This document shows, in pieces, positions 38,900 through 53,452 of a stretch of DNA of 64,000 bases. Every line of letters starts with the position of its first letter. The stretch's first letter is position 1. Position numbers and translations under genes: made by a program. Below the pieces are notes generated by a model that worked only from the letters and a program-made list of their open reading frames with translations, was not told the origin of the DNA and did not search any database. This DNA comes from the human T2T-CHM13v2.0 reference genome, Homo sapiens, in the NCBI RefSeq assembly GCF_009914755.1, contig NC_060925.1; one strand, written 5' to 3'.

Positions 38900-39092
38900 C
38901 TGAGGATGCTGTGGGCTCCATGATGCTAGGGTCGGTGCTGCTGCTGGGCTGGGCAGAGTCAGGGCTGGGGCAGAGGGTGGAGGTAGAGGGGAGAGGCTCC
39001 TCGGAAGGACTGTCCGGCTCCTGCACCTCCTCTGGGCACAGGTAGACTTCGATGGGCCCTTGGGTGCTCTTGAGATATATCTGCAGGTTGTC
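38900..39092 (-). CDS. E2F2: E2F2 exon 6
   Basis: Acceptor CTCCTCCAG|GAC; DNLQIYLKSTQGPIEVYLCPEEVQ...MEPTASS; donor CAG|GTAGGT; 193 nt. Confidence 0.96.
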
Positions 39093-40572
39093 CTGGAGGA
39101 GGAAGAGAAGCCAGGTCATTGCTCTGGGCAGCTGGACACTTACACTTAGTGTGTATGGACAGACGCACGTGGCTGCTGCCATCCATGGGTGCAAGCTCAA
39201 ACCCTGGGCTGGCACTGAGACCAACTCCATCTGGCCTAACTAAGGTGGACTTCCGCTGTTTCTGCTGTCTGGCCCTGAAGCCCACTTCTTTTAGGGGGAA
39301 CACCTTGATTTTCCTGTGGGAAATCACTCTTCCCCCCACTCTCAGGTCATCTAGTTTTGGGGCGGGGGGGGGGGGGGGCAGCACCCTTCCCCAATGCCAG
39401 TGGGTGAGCTTGTGACGCAGCCAGGAAAGTTAGTGTGACATGATTGGTTCAGGATGGCCCATGGCTCAGGTGGATCCAACCAGCACTAGGCCCAGGACTT
39501 TTGCTGGACTTGTGGGAAATGGAAGCCCCCTTCCCACTGGGGTTGCTGAGCTGGTATCATAAAAGCTACCTCTACCACCACAAGGAGAGAGCCCACCTGG
39601 GAATGGAGTCAGCACAGAGAAAAGCAGAGAGATGAAAAGCGTGAGACAGACCTGAAGTCATAGTTTGAGCATCTACATCCAACCTTGCCAGCAATCTCTG
39701 AATCTCCCCCAGGACTTGTCATTTGGTTCCCACCACCCCTACCCATACCTCCCGCTGAAGCCAGTTGGACTTGGCTTTCTGTTACCTGTAACCAAGAGTC
39801 CTAGTATTTGGTCTTCCCACCCTGTCCCTTCCCTACCACATAACCGCAACTTAAGCCACAACTGATGACATGCATGCCATCCAGGCACATGTCCAGGTCT
39901 CCATGCCTGTACTCACACAGAACTGCACCTAGCAAAAACCCTATTCATTCTTTAAGACCTAGTTTAACTGTCCCCACCTGGGATACCTCCTCTAACTACC
40001 CTTTCTCTATGCTTGCAAAGCACATCTTCAGTCTATAAATGACAGCGTCTTTTTCCCACTAAGTCGTGAACTCCTCCAAGGGTGGGGGCAGGACCTTAAT
40101 TGTCTCTGCAGCCCCAGTTCTTCCTTTAAATAAATTATTTCTTGAGTCCTTATAATATGCCAGGCTCTGGGCAAGGGATACAAGGTGAGTAGAACATTCT
40201 CTTGTGAAGCTTACACCCTAATAGATGAAGCAGAATGCAATCGTGTAATCATGCCAAATATACCTCAGCAAATGGAGATTAAATTAAAGGCAGCGGAAAA
40301 GCACAGGTGTTTATGAAGTCTGGAGGTAATCAGAGAAGGCTTCCTTGAGGAAGTGACATTTGAGTTGAGACCTGTAGGATGAATAGCGGTAAATCAGGCA
40401 GAGAGGGAAGAACATTTCAGCTCGAGGGGAAGAGCATGTATGAGGGTCTTGCACGGCTAGGTGCGGTGGTTCACGCCTATAATCCCAGCACTTTGGGAGG
40501 CCAAGGCGGGCAAATCACTTCTATGCCGAAGTTCAAGACCAGCCTGGACAACGTGGCAAAACCTCGTCTCTA

Positions 40573-40812
<240 letters not shown>

Positions 40813-41037
40813 TCATGAGGTCAGGAGTTCAAGACCAGCCTGACCAACATGGTGAAACCCCATCTCTACTAAAAAAAAAATACAAAACTTAGCCGGGAGT
40901 AGTGGCGGGCATCTGTAATCTCAGCTACTTGGGAGGCTGAGGCAGGAGAATCGCTTCAACCCAGGAGGCGGAGATTGCAGTCAGCCAAGATTGTGTCACT
41001 GCACTCCAGCCTGGGCAACAGAGTGAGACTCTGTCTC

Positions 41038-41069
<32 letters not shown>

Positions 41070-41582
41070 AACAAAACAGAAGATCTCATACTAGGAATGA
41101 GCTTAGTGCAATGGGGAAACTGCAGACAGGTCAGTGTGGCCAAAACAAAGACAGATGGGGCAGCGGGGAAAAGGAGGTTGGCAACGTCAGCTGGGGTCTC
41201 AGAGCACCGAAGCCTCATAGGGAGTGTCAGGAATTTTGGTCTTTAACCTGGGAAAGCACGGTCAGCATGAAAGGATTTTCATGAGTATTGACACCGTCAT
41301 ACGTGGGCATGAGTGTGCATGTGCGCAGGAACCCAGGGCTGGTGGGATGCAGAAAGAAACCAGGAACAGAGATTTTCTCAGGCCACTACTCAGTCTCCGT
41401 TGCCCTTTCCAGCTTCTGCCATTTCTGCCCAAGCTTGAAGGCCACCAATATTGCCATGGACACCACAATGGGCCTGCAAAGCATGGGGCTAGGCAGTGCC
41501 AGGGACAGAGTCTGCAGAGCCGCCTGGAACGCTCCCTGGCAGGGTCTCAACCCTGCTCTCCACCAAATATTTCCCCTCTCAC

Positions 41583-41697
41583 CTCAGTCCTGTCGGGCAC
41601 TTCCAGTCTCGTCTGCGGAGGGGCCTTGACGGCAATCACTGTCTGCTCCTTAAAGTTGCCAACAGCACGGATATCCTGGTAAGTCACATAGGCCAGC
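41583..41697 (-). CDS. E2F2: E2F2 exon 5 (marked-box region)
   Basis: G CTG GCC TAT GTG ACT TAC CAG GAT... = (R)[38 protein letters not shown]; donor GAG|GTGAGA; 115 nt. Confidence 0.95.
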
Positions 41698-43478
<1,781 letters not shown>

Positions 43479-43637
43479 CTCTTGTTGGCCTTGTCCTCAG
43501 TCAGGTGCTTGAAGCTCAGAGAGCAGCTCTGGATGAGCTGGTCCAAGGCCTGCTCCGTGTTCATCAGCTCCTTCAGCTCCTGCCCCAGCTGTTGCTGCTT
43601 CCCAGGTCTGGTGGGGTCTTCAAACATTCCCCTGCCT
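43479..43637 (-). CDS. E2F2: E2F2 exon 4 (DP-dimerisation coiled coil)
   Basis: Acceptor TTCCCAG|A; GRGMFEDPTRPGKQQQLGQELKELMNTEQALDQLIQSCSLSFKHLTEDKANK; ends at U12-type donor AG|ATATCCTCC; 159 nt. Confidence 0.95.
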
Positions 43638-44220
43638 CTGGGAACAGAGCAGCCCCCCAGTGTCAGTCTGTGGGTGAAACTCCAGAACAAGGTCATTCAA
43701 AAAATAGTCTATGAGGGTGCTTCCCTGGGTTGTGGAAATCAGTGGTCATGCCTGTCTCTCAGGGAGCTACCAGGGATTGGAACCAGAGGTTTGGGGGTTG
43801 GGCTTGGGAGAAAAAACAAGTCAAGACCTGAACCCCATTTCTGAGGGGCTCTCGACTCTGTTCATCCCTATGCCCCAGCCTCCTCCAACTGGAGTAGCCT
43901 CAGTCCTGACTCCCTCCCCTGCCTGGTTTCTCTTAGGATTTATGCCAAGGGCTATAGGTCAGCTCTTTAAACCCTGTAGAAATGGAGAGAGGAGGCTGGA
44001 GTACTCCTATCTCAGATCTGGAAGGAGTCCGGGATCCCCCTACTTAGCTCCCAGGGGACTGCCCTAAGCTAGAAGAAGTGGATATTGGGATCTCTGACTC
44101 AAGAGGAAGAATCTGAGGTTCCCTTTGGCCTTTACACCTCCCAGATGTCATTCTCCACTCTGCCCCGCATCACGTTCTCCGATTACTTCAGCAGGTACAC
44201 GGCGCTCTTCCTCACCATAC

Positions 44221-44424
44221 ATTGGCTCTACCCCCAGCAATAAGCCTATTGGATGTTGCTCTTGGTCCGCCTCAGCCCTTGTGCCCATTGGATGTTGCTC
44301 TCAGCCCCGCCCCTGCCACTCACACCCACTGGCTATTGCCTCTGGCTCCGCCCACAGCACAAGTACCCATTGGAGGGTACCACTGGCCGCCCAGGCACTC
44401 ACACCCACTGGATGTTGTTCTTGG
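44221..44424. repeat. Degenerate ~40-bp tandem array overlapping E2F2 exon 3 donor
   Basis: A(T/C)TGG cores at 44248, 44287, 44328, 44369, 44407 (38-41 bp spacing), the last four each preceded on plus by a CCGCC(C) box; exact 16-mer duplicate 44317-44332 / 44396-44411. Confidence 0.8.
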
Positions 44425-44622
44425 CCTTCTTGCGGATGAGCTGGATGCCTTCCAGCACGTTGGTGATGTCATAGATGCGCCGCTTCTGCACGTCCAGCAC
44501 CTCAGCGGCCCAGTTCAGGTCCAGGACCCCATCCTCTGACTCGCTCAGGAGGTAAATGAACTTCTTGGTGAGCAGCCCCAGCGAAGTGTCATACCGAGTC
44601 TTCTCCCCGGGGGATTTGGGGG
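44403..44622 (-). CDS. E2F2: E2F2 exon 3 (winged-helix DNA-binding domain, RRIYD motif)
   Basis: Acceptor TTCTTCAG|CC; [21 protein letters not shown]...[28 protein letters not shown]; donor TGGGT|GTGAGT; 220 nt. Confidence 0.97.
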
Positions 44623-45909
44623 CTGAAGAAGAAAGGGACCCAGTCACAGCTCAGGGAGGGGAGGGCCCGCCCAGGACCCTCGTCCATTGACCTAGGCTCA
44701 TTAAGTACCACCTTTCACCACCCACTTTCCAGTTTACAAAGCAGTGTGAGCCAGGGCATCCATCACCACCACTGTCCAGACAGGGAACCTGATACCTAAG
44801 AGGGAAGGTGACTTGCTTAAGGTCTCACGGCCAATGGGCAGTGTTGGAAGCCTAGTGTCCTGACTCCTGGTTAAATGCACATTTCCACCACAGCTTAGGG
44901 CTGCCAGACCACCACCCACAACTACTGTCACTGTTCTAAGTGCTTTCCATGTACGAACACATTTAAGCCCTACAACACCCTGTAAGGGTTGCTGTACAAT
45001 CATCCCCATTTTATAGATGAGAATACTGAGGCACAGTTTAAGTAATTTGCTCAGCTCACTCAGCTAGAAAGTGGCAAAGCTGGAATTCAAATCCAGGCAG
45101 TCTGACTCCAGAGTTTTCCTTAACCATTACCCTATCCTGCCACTTAAATGTCCGGAGTTTGGAATTAGAATAGGGTAGAAATGATAAGCCTGGATTTAAG
45201 AGCATTTTTATAGACACACACTTGCTTTTTCTTCCCATGTGAATCACAATGATTATCTGAGAAAAATCGGTCCTGTAACATCAAGTCGGGGAGGTTCATG
45301 AGAAAGGTCCCTTTCTCAATGAGGTTGATGTTGCAAGACCACATCTCAGCTGCAGCATCTTAAACCACGAGGGGACTTTTGTAATCGAGTGACTTCCAAG
45401 TCATATAGCAAGTTAGTGGCCAATCCAGTAATTCTGGAACCTGAATTTTAGAGTCTTAGGTTCCTCTGGAGGAGGACCAGTTATCATGAGCCTCAGGATC
45501 CTTCAAGACAGTGCTCTGGGCAGCCTTGACCAATCAAATGTAGAGGAAACTTTCTTGCCATTCCTGATCTAGCTGTGTCTTCTTTTACACAAGACAACTA
45601 AGGTTCACAACAACTAAGGTTCACAGGAGTGACCTGTCAGGTCGGAGCAGAATCCTACCTGGACCCCCAAAACTAGTGTTCCTCCCAAACACAGTTGCTT
45701 TAACTCCTGCTCTAACCAGGATTTTTTTTTTTTTTTGGAGATGGAGTCTCACTCTCTCTCCCAGGCTGGAGTGGAGTGCAGTGGTGCGATCTTGGCTCAC
45801 TGCAACCTGCCTCCCAGGTTCAAGTGATTCTCCTGCCTTGGCCTCCTGAGTAGCTGGGATTACAGGCATGCGCCACCACACCCGGCTAATTTTTGTATTT
45901 TTAGTATAG

Positions 45910-46038
<129 letters not shown>

Positions 46039-46254
46039 TGAAAATATCAAGAGGCAGCAACCCCCTCCAACTTAGCTTTAGGAAGGCACCACCTGGGCAG
46101 CCTCTGGATCTTAAAAACCTTTGGGGTGGCAGAGACTGGATTAATCTGTGCTTCCCTTCCCTTTGAATCACTTATTCAGCTCCTTGTCTGCATGTGGGAG
46201 AAAGACCCTGGTTAGCCCCTGCTCTTCTGATTTAGAAAAATTTACCTTGACCTA

Positions 46255-46737
<483 letters not shown>

Positions 46738-46949
46738 CTATGGGCAAGTCACTCAAGCTCTCTGAGTCTCAAGTTGCCTGATTAGTAAAGACAGACAAGC
46801 CTACCTACCTGGCAGGATCAAATAATAAAATACGCAGGAAGCTTTTGTAAACTGGAAAGTGATCCAAATATGACTACCAGTGATTGGGCAGGGCACTGCC
46901 CTCTGCCCCTGCCCCACCCCACCCCAGAGGCCCCATCAGCACTGCTTAC

Positions 46950-47055
46950 TTTTGGGGCTGGGGAGGCCATCCACTCTGATGCACTTCCCCTTGGGGGTTG
47001 GGAACTCAGGGACGACGGGCCTCCCAATCCCCTCCAGATCCAGCTTCCTTTTGGC
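46950..47055 (-). CDS. E2F2: E2F2 exon 2 (cyclin A-binding KRKLDL motif, basic region)
   Basis: Acceptor TTTTCTCCAAG|GCC; AKRKLDLEGIGRPVVPEFPTPKGKCIRVDGLPSPK; donor AAAA|GTAAGC; 106 nt. Confidence 0.96.
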
Positions 47056-49419
47056 CTTGGAGAAAAGGGGGAGAGAGAGGCAGAGTTTGAGAATCATTCC
47101 TCCTTTAGCCTTTCCCTGATGTGGGGCCAAAGCAATGAAGCCACTTAGCAGCCACCTCTGTGCCTCAGTTTACCGCCAGTCCTGGTGAAGCACTGCTGTA
47201 CTTGATAGGAAAACATCAGTGACCTGAGAAGTGAGCTTTCAGGGGAAATCTTGTTTTCTGAAGGGCAAATAAAACTCCCATCCTCTGAGGCCCAGGCACT
47301 TGAGACCCTACCAAAGCCAGTCTGGCCAAGGGCTCAGAGCTCCTTAACCACGGGCCCTAAGCCGGCTCCTATACCTGCTCCTCACCCCACCACACCCAGA
47401 GGATGATACCAGGAGGAAGCAGTGGGTGGGGCCTAAACCACATCAGGGTGGGGAAAGGGCCCCCCTACAGAAGCAGCTGGCCCAGCTAGACTGAGTGCCC
47501 ATCACAGTCCCACAGCTGGTCCTTATCAGGGCGGGGCTGGGCATCCGCCCAGACCCAGGGGACTTCCTGGCTCAGTGCCACAACCCAGGGAGGTGCCCAC
47601 AGTGGGAAGCAGTGCAAACATCCCCACCCCCATGTTTGGGCTCCAGCTTGAGGGCCCCAGGGCCTCCTGAATAGACTGCATTTGCCATTCTTTCTTTGCC
47701 GAGAGGGGCAGACAATGAATCCTTCCCGTGTCTTAAGGACAAGCAGCTGAGGCCACCCCCCCCCCTCCAGCTCCCCCTTTCTGTTCCCGCCAAGCTTGGG
47801 AAACACCTGCTGGGGAAATCAAACCACAGACCCATCTGCTCCTCTCCACCCTGTTGCCACCCGGGCCCCAATTAGGCCCAGAGCTGCACTGGCCCGGAAA
47901 GGGCCTCTCTCCTGGTTAGGGCTGGGCAGGGGCAGGGCAGGGGCAGAGCTGGGGCACTGGGACACTGGGACATAGGTCAGAGACCCATGCTTGAATCTCC
48001 AGCTCCTTCGCAGGCTCACGGTACAAGTTGGGGGAAATGTTACACATCTAAGGAGCCTCAGTTTCTTCCTCTGTAAATGGGGTAAAAATGCCTACCTCAA
48101 GGGGCTATTGTAAGGATTCAAGGAAGGCACTACCTGGGCAGCCTCTGCATCTTAAAAACCCTGGAACAGGCTGAATTAATCCCCGCGTGGCTTCCCTTTG
48201 AAGCACTTATTTAGCTCCCTGTCTGCATGTGGGAGAAAGACCCTGGTTAGCTCCTGCTCCTTTAACTTCTGTAAAGTTCTCAGCCTGTGTCTCAGCACAC
48301 AGTAGGTGTTCAGGAAACACAGAGTCCCTTCCCTAAAATCTAATCTCGACCTCTTCCTTCATACATCCTTCTGGGGGTCATCGAGCCCATTTCTTTCCTC
48401 TTTCCAACTCTGGATCCCCCAGACACCCCTACCCTGGCTTGGACAGAGAGGCCTATTTTAACATTTAGTGGTGAGGTCATGCTCAGCAGGGCTGAGACTT
48501 CTAACTGCTGCTGAGCACAGCTGGGCTGACAGGTGTTGGAGGTGGTGACAGCTCTTCCTGCTGTCAGTTCCCCTTCCCCCACTCCTGCCCCCTCCAGGAA
48601 GTCTTCCTGGGCTGATGTGAGGAGCCCTGCTCCTTGGTTTGAGGAGCCTGGATATAACACTCTTGCTTTCCACCACTACCGAGACCTGGAAACCATCCAA
48701 ACACTTTACTGCTCATTCTTGAATGAGTCTCTTGAATATTCCTTTTCTACCTTCCTAACTGGTGAAATCCTATATTCTAGAGATTTAGCCCCATGCTGTC
48801 ACTAGAGAAAGGGCCAGTCACTGGCTGAGACCTTCCACATGCCCTGAACCACGCCCCAACATTCATCACTTCACTGAATCTTCCCATACCACTAATCCCC
48901 ATTGTACAGCTGAAGTAATTGAGGCTTGGGGAGCTCCGAGGCCTCCATCAATCCTGACCAAGGCTGCACATCCTAGTATTCTTCATATATCCCCCAGCAG
49001 GAGCACCAAGGGCAGGGAGAGGAAGGGAAGCTCAGGTGGAGTTCTACCTGAGGCAGAGGTGGGGCAGCCCAGAGCCTCCCCAGCCACACCTGTCTCCCCC
49101 GCCAGAACAAACCAGAAAGAATCCCAGGAAGACCTTGAACAGAATATCTATGCTGAGCCTGTTACATGCTCGTAACAGTCCTACCACATCAGTATTGGCA
49201 CTGGCTCTCGGAAGCCAAAAAATGGAGACTTACAGAGAGTAAGCACATGCCCAAGGTCACACAAAGGCCGGAGCCAGGGTTTGAACCCAGGCCTGTCTGA
49301 CTGCAAAGCCATGTACCAGGCTGCCTCAGCTGCATCCCACACACGCTGCCCCAGGATTTGCTAGAATTTGGGCCAAGGCCTGGGCTACGCCCACCTGCCC
49401 CCATCACTGCATGTACTTG

Positions 49420-49447
49420 CACACACACACACACACACACACACACA
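49420..49447. repeat. (CA)~14 microsatellite, E2F2 intron 1
   Basis: Uninterrupted CA run. Confidence 0.9.
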
Positions 49448-50366
49448 GCCTTCTCTCTTTTCTCACTCTCCTTCACCCTTATTCTGCACTCCCAGGGTCC
49501 CAATGCGGCAAGTGTCCCCCTAAGGATACCTCCCTGACACCTTTGGACAGTGCCCAGAGGAAAGTCAGCCTATGGCTTGGGCTGAACCTGCAGAACACAG
49601 GTGGCAGAGGACAAGCCCAGGAGGATCAGCATCAAGGTGAGGCTGAGCACAGGTCTTGGAGTCAGACTGGCCTGGCTTTGCATCTAGGCCTTCCCCTTCT
49701 TAGCTGGGAAATCAGTTGACGTCAAGTCACCTATAAAATGGGCATCATTGTCTCCACCTATGCTGAGGATTCAGTGAGATAGTGCAGCAAAGCGCTTTGC
49801 CCATAGGGAGTGCCCCCACCAGGGAGCTGCTAGCACTGATGTATGGGGAGCACCAGTGGGAAAAGGGGAAAGTTCAAGGGTGAGCTGAAAAGAGACTGCG
49901 ATGAGGGGAGGAGAGCAAAGGCTATGGCCACAGCCAGAGGCCAGCTTAGCCCTATCCTGGACGCTCTTAGGCAGCCCCTTTGGCTGGATCTTCAAGGCCT
50001 GGTCAGGACGCAAGCCCACCCTGCCAACCCCTATGGAGAAGAGTACAGCTCCTTCCTCAGGCAGCTGCAGAAGTGCAGAGGGTCAGAGATCACCAGGCAC
50101 AACCCCCTTACGGGCACCACGGTGAGGAAACTGGGACTTGGGGAAGAGGAATTGACTTGCCCAAGGTCACGCAGAGTGGAGCCTGGTCTCTCCTAAGCCC
50201 TAAGTCAGATGGTGGGGGTAGGAGCAAATGTAAGGGGTCGAACCTTGCTTTCAGATCCCAGCTCTGCCACTTCGTAGCTGAACAGCCTGGGATTCACTGT
50301 CTTGCCTCTCTGAGCCTACACCTCCTCACCTGACCTGCCTTGTAGAGTTGTGTGTTAAAATGTTTA

Positions 50367-50748
<382 letters not shown>

Positions 50749-53107
50749 TCAGAGGACTTGGAAAGAGCTCTGGACAGGGAGCCAGGAGATCTGGGTTGTG
50801 GCCTTCATTCTGCCATTGAACTTGGTTGCCATCCTTGGACAGTGCCTGAGGTCCCTTTAAACAGAAGCTCCACAACAAATCCTGCTCACCCTGCACTTTG
50901 CAGCCCGGCCACAAAGCAAGCGGCCACACCCAGGGTTGGGTTTGGAGCTGTTCCAGGTCACGCCCTTGTAAAATGAGTAAGCAGAGGGCAGGCCTGCCCA
51001 CGGGGCTGGGCCCCGGGCATCTGGGGATTGACAGGAGCGGGAGCTCTGGGCCTGGCAGGGCTTTAGGGTGGTCTGCTGCAAGGAGACTCCCCTGCTTCTT
51101 CACTTGTGACCCAGGCAAGTGACTTCCTTTCTTTGCTCAGTTTCCTTATCTGCAAGGTGCCTCATTCTGGACATCCTGACCAAGATAATGAACGTGAAGA
51201 GTGCCAAGCAGTGTCTGGCACACGAGAGGCACTCAGTAAAAGAGAGACCTTCTTGCTAAGATCACTGAGCCCTTCTGGGAGGGAGGTACAGACAGATGTA
51301 CTTGGGCTCCTCTGGGAGGGTTCAAAGCAGTGTAAAACCACAGCTGTTACTGAAACTTCCAGTCTGAAAGCAGCTGGCCAGAGGAGAGTGGGCCTGCCGC
51401 AAAGCTCCCTTCCCTGGGGGGAGCTCAGCTCCTAAGTTAGGCAGTATTAAAAAAAGTCAAGGCTACATAGAGAAGAGCCTGCTGCCTGACCAGGTGCATT
51501 AGAGTAGCTAGCTCATGCCTGTAATCCCAGCACTTTGGGAGGCTGAGGCAAGAGGATTGCTTGAGCCCAGGAGTTTGAGACCAGCCTGGGGAACATAGGG
51601 AGACCCCTGTCTCTACAAAAAATAAAAAATAAAAGACAGAAGAGCTGACTGCCTTGTGAGTCCCATCACTCTACCCCATCCCCATCTCTGACCTTAGGTC
51701 ACATCCCCTCTCTGAGCCTCAGTTTCCCCCTGTAACATGGAGCTATTAATGCCATCTATTTCACGAACTACAAAGATGTTTTAGGCTATAAAACACTGAA
51801 CACAAGATACCCAATCCCAGTTATCCTCGGTTGCTTAACCTGTAAAATGGGGATAATACCATTCCTGCCCACTGCCCTCCTAGTTAGAAATCATGTGCAG
51901 GAAGGGTCTCCAGGAAGGTTAACGTTTTGAACATGGGCAAAGCCTGAGTCCACTGGCAGGGAGTGGTGGCTCTGCCTGCATCCAGAGCTGGCTGGGCATC
52001 CGTGCTTGCTGACTAGCACAGGTCTGACCAGATGCCTCTGGGGCAGTGGGGGGTGGTCTTATCCCTGTACCCGAACTTATTCACCAAACTCACAACTAAG
52101 CAAACCTACAACACCCCCTTCCTCTCCCTGGAGCCTGCTTCCAAAACCCAGGACCTGGAGCTGAATGTGGCTGAGAAGAGCTAGCCCCACAGCCACCCTG
52201 TGCACACACGCATTGTGAAGGAGAGAACACTGAAGCCCAGACTGGGTCCAAGACTTGTCCAAGGACACACAGAGAATTAGTGGCAGAGTCACACCAGAAA
52301 CCAGGCTCCTCAACCACCACCACCTCCACTCCCCCAGGCTTTTCCCACTCCACCCCCCACCCTAAAGTTGTTTTGATTCACACGGGCTCCAGGAATTCCA
52401 CTCCCACAAAACACACCCTGAGCCCAGGTCAGCAGGCAGCCTGGTGCCACTACACTTTGGGCCCTCTCTGGCAACGAGCCTGGGAGCTTGAGGAGAGAGC
52501 AGCCAATCTGAACAGAACCCAAGGGGGCTGCCCACATTTGTATCTGCTACATGGCTGTCTGGGAGGGAAGACTGGGCCTGGGGGAGGACCTAGGGCAGAT
52601 ACTTGGGGCTATCTCAGGAGCTGGCTGGACAATTTGGAGTCTGTCCATGGCAGATTGGATGTGAGAGACCCACTAGACCTATCCCTCTGTCTTACCAAAG
52701 TCCCACAGTGTCCCCAGGCCATACTCTTTGCCTGGACAATAGCAGGCACCCAGTACTGGTTTCTGGCCAAACAATGAAGTAATGAATGAATGGCGGCAAC
52801 GCTGGCTGCATGGACTTCCCCAAGGTCACACAGTGCACTGGGAGTAGTGAGTTGGGTCTCCCTCCAGACTCGCAATCCAGTGCTCATTCCACTCCACTAG
52901 AATGGATGAGATTATTTCATCCAAAGTCTGAAAATGAAGGGGTCTTCTACTCAGATATTGGGGGCACTGGGTCCTGGAAACTGAAAGCTCATCTTCCCTC
53001 TTCCCAAAACTCTACCTGCTCCACTCAAACTGGATCTCAGGCACCCCTCCCTCCTTTCCCACACCTGGAAAAGCATAGGGGGAAGCGGTGGGGGCCCCCA
53101 GCATTAC

Positions 53108-53359
53108 CGGCAGCCGGCCTGCCGGCAGGCATCGCACAACTTGGCCCTCGGGTCCGTGGGGAGTGGCGTCGAGGCAGGTGCCTGGCGCCGCTGCGGGAGG
53201 CGCCGTCTGCGGGTACAGCGGTGTGTAGTAGGTAGCAGTAGCTGGGCAGAGCTGGGGGCTGCTGAGGCCGGATGGCCACAGCTCTGTGGGGCTCATCGCG
53301 GGCACCACCTTCGGGGTCTGCCCAGCGGCCGAAGCCAAGGCCCGGGGCCCTTGCAGCAT
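53108..53359 (-). CDS. E2F2: E2F2 coding exon 1 (aa 1-84)
   Basis: MLQGPRALASAAGQTPKVVPAMSPTEL...CLPAGRLP; ATG at 53359; donor CCG|GTAATG, phase 0. Confidence 0.97.
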
Positions 53360-53434
53360 AGCGAGTAAGGCGCCCCCTACCCAAAAGGGCTTGGCGCGCC
53401 CGCGGACACCTGCGGGTTCCGGTGCTGCCGCCTT

Positions 53435-53452
53435 TCACACGGCCCGCGGCAT
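53435..53452 (-). other. Upstream ORF MPRAV* in E2F2 5'UTR
   Basis: cgcgccATG CCG CGG GCC GTG TGA; the only upstream ATG found between ~53790 and the main ATG. Confidence 0.65.

Noticed and set aside
49843-50196. 117-aa ATG-initiated antisense ORF in E2F2 intron 1
   Set aside because: No recognisable domain, 3' part runs into MIR-like sequence, and no transcript evidence visible from sequence alone
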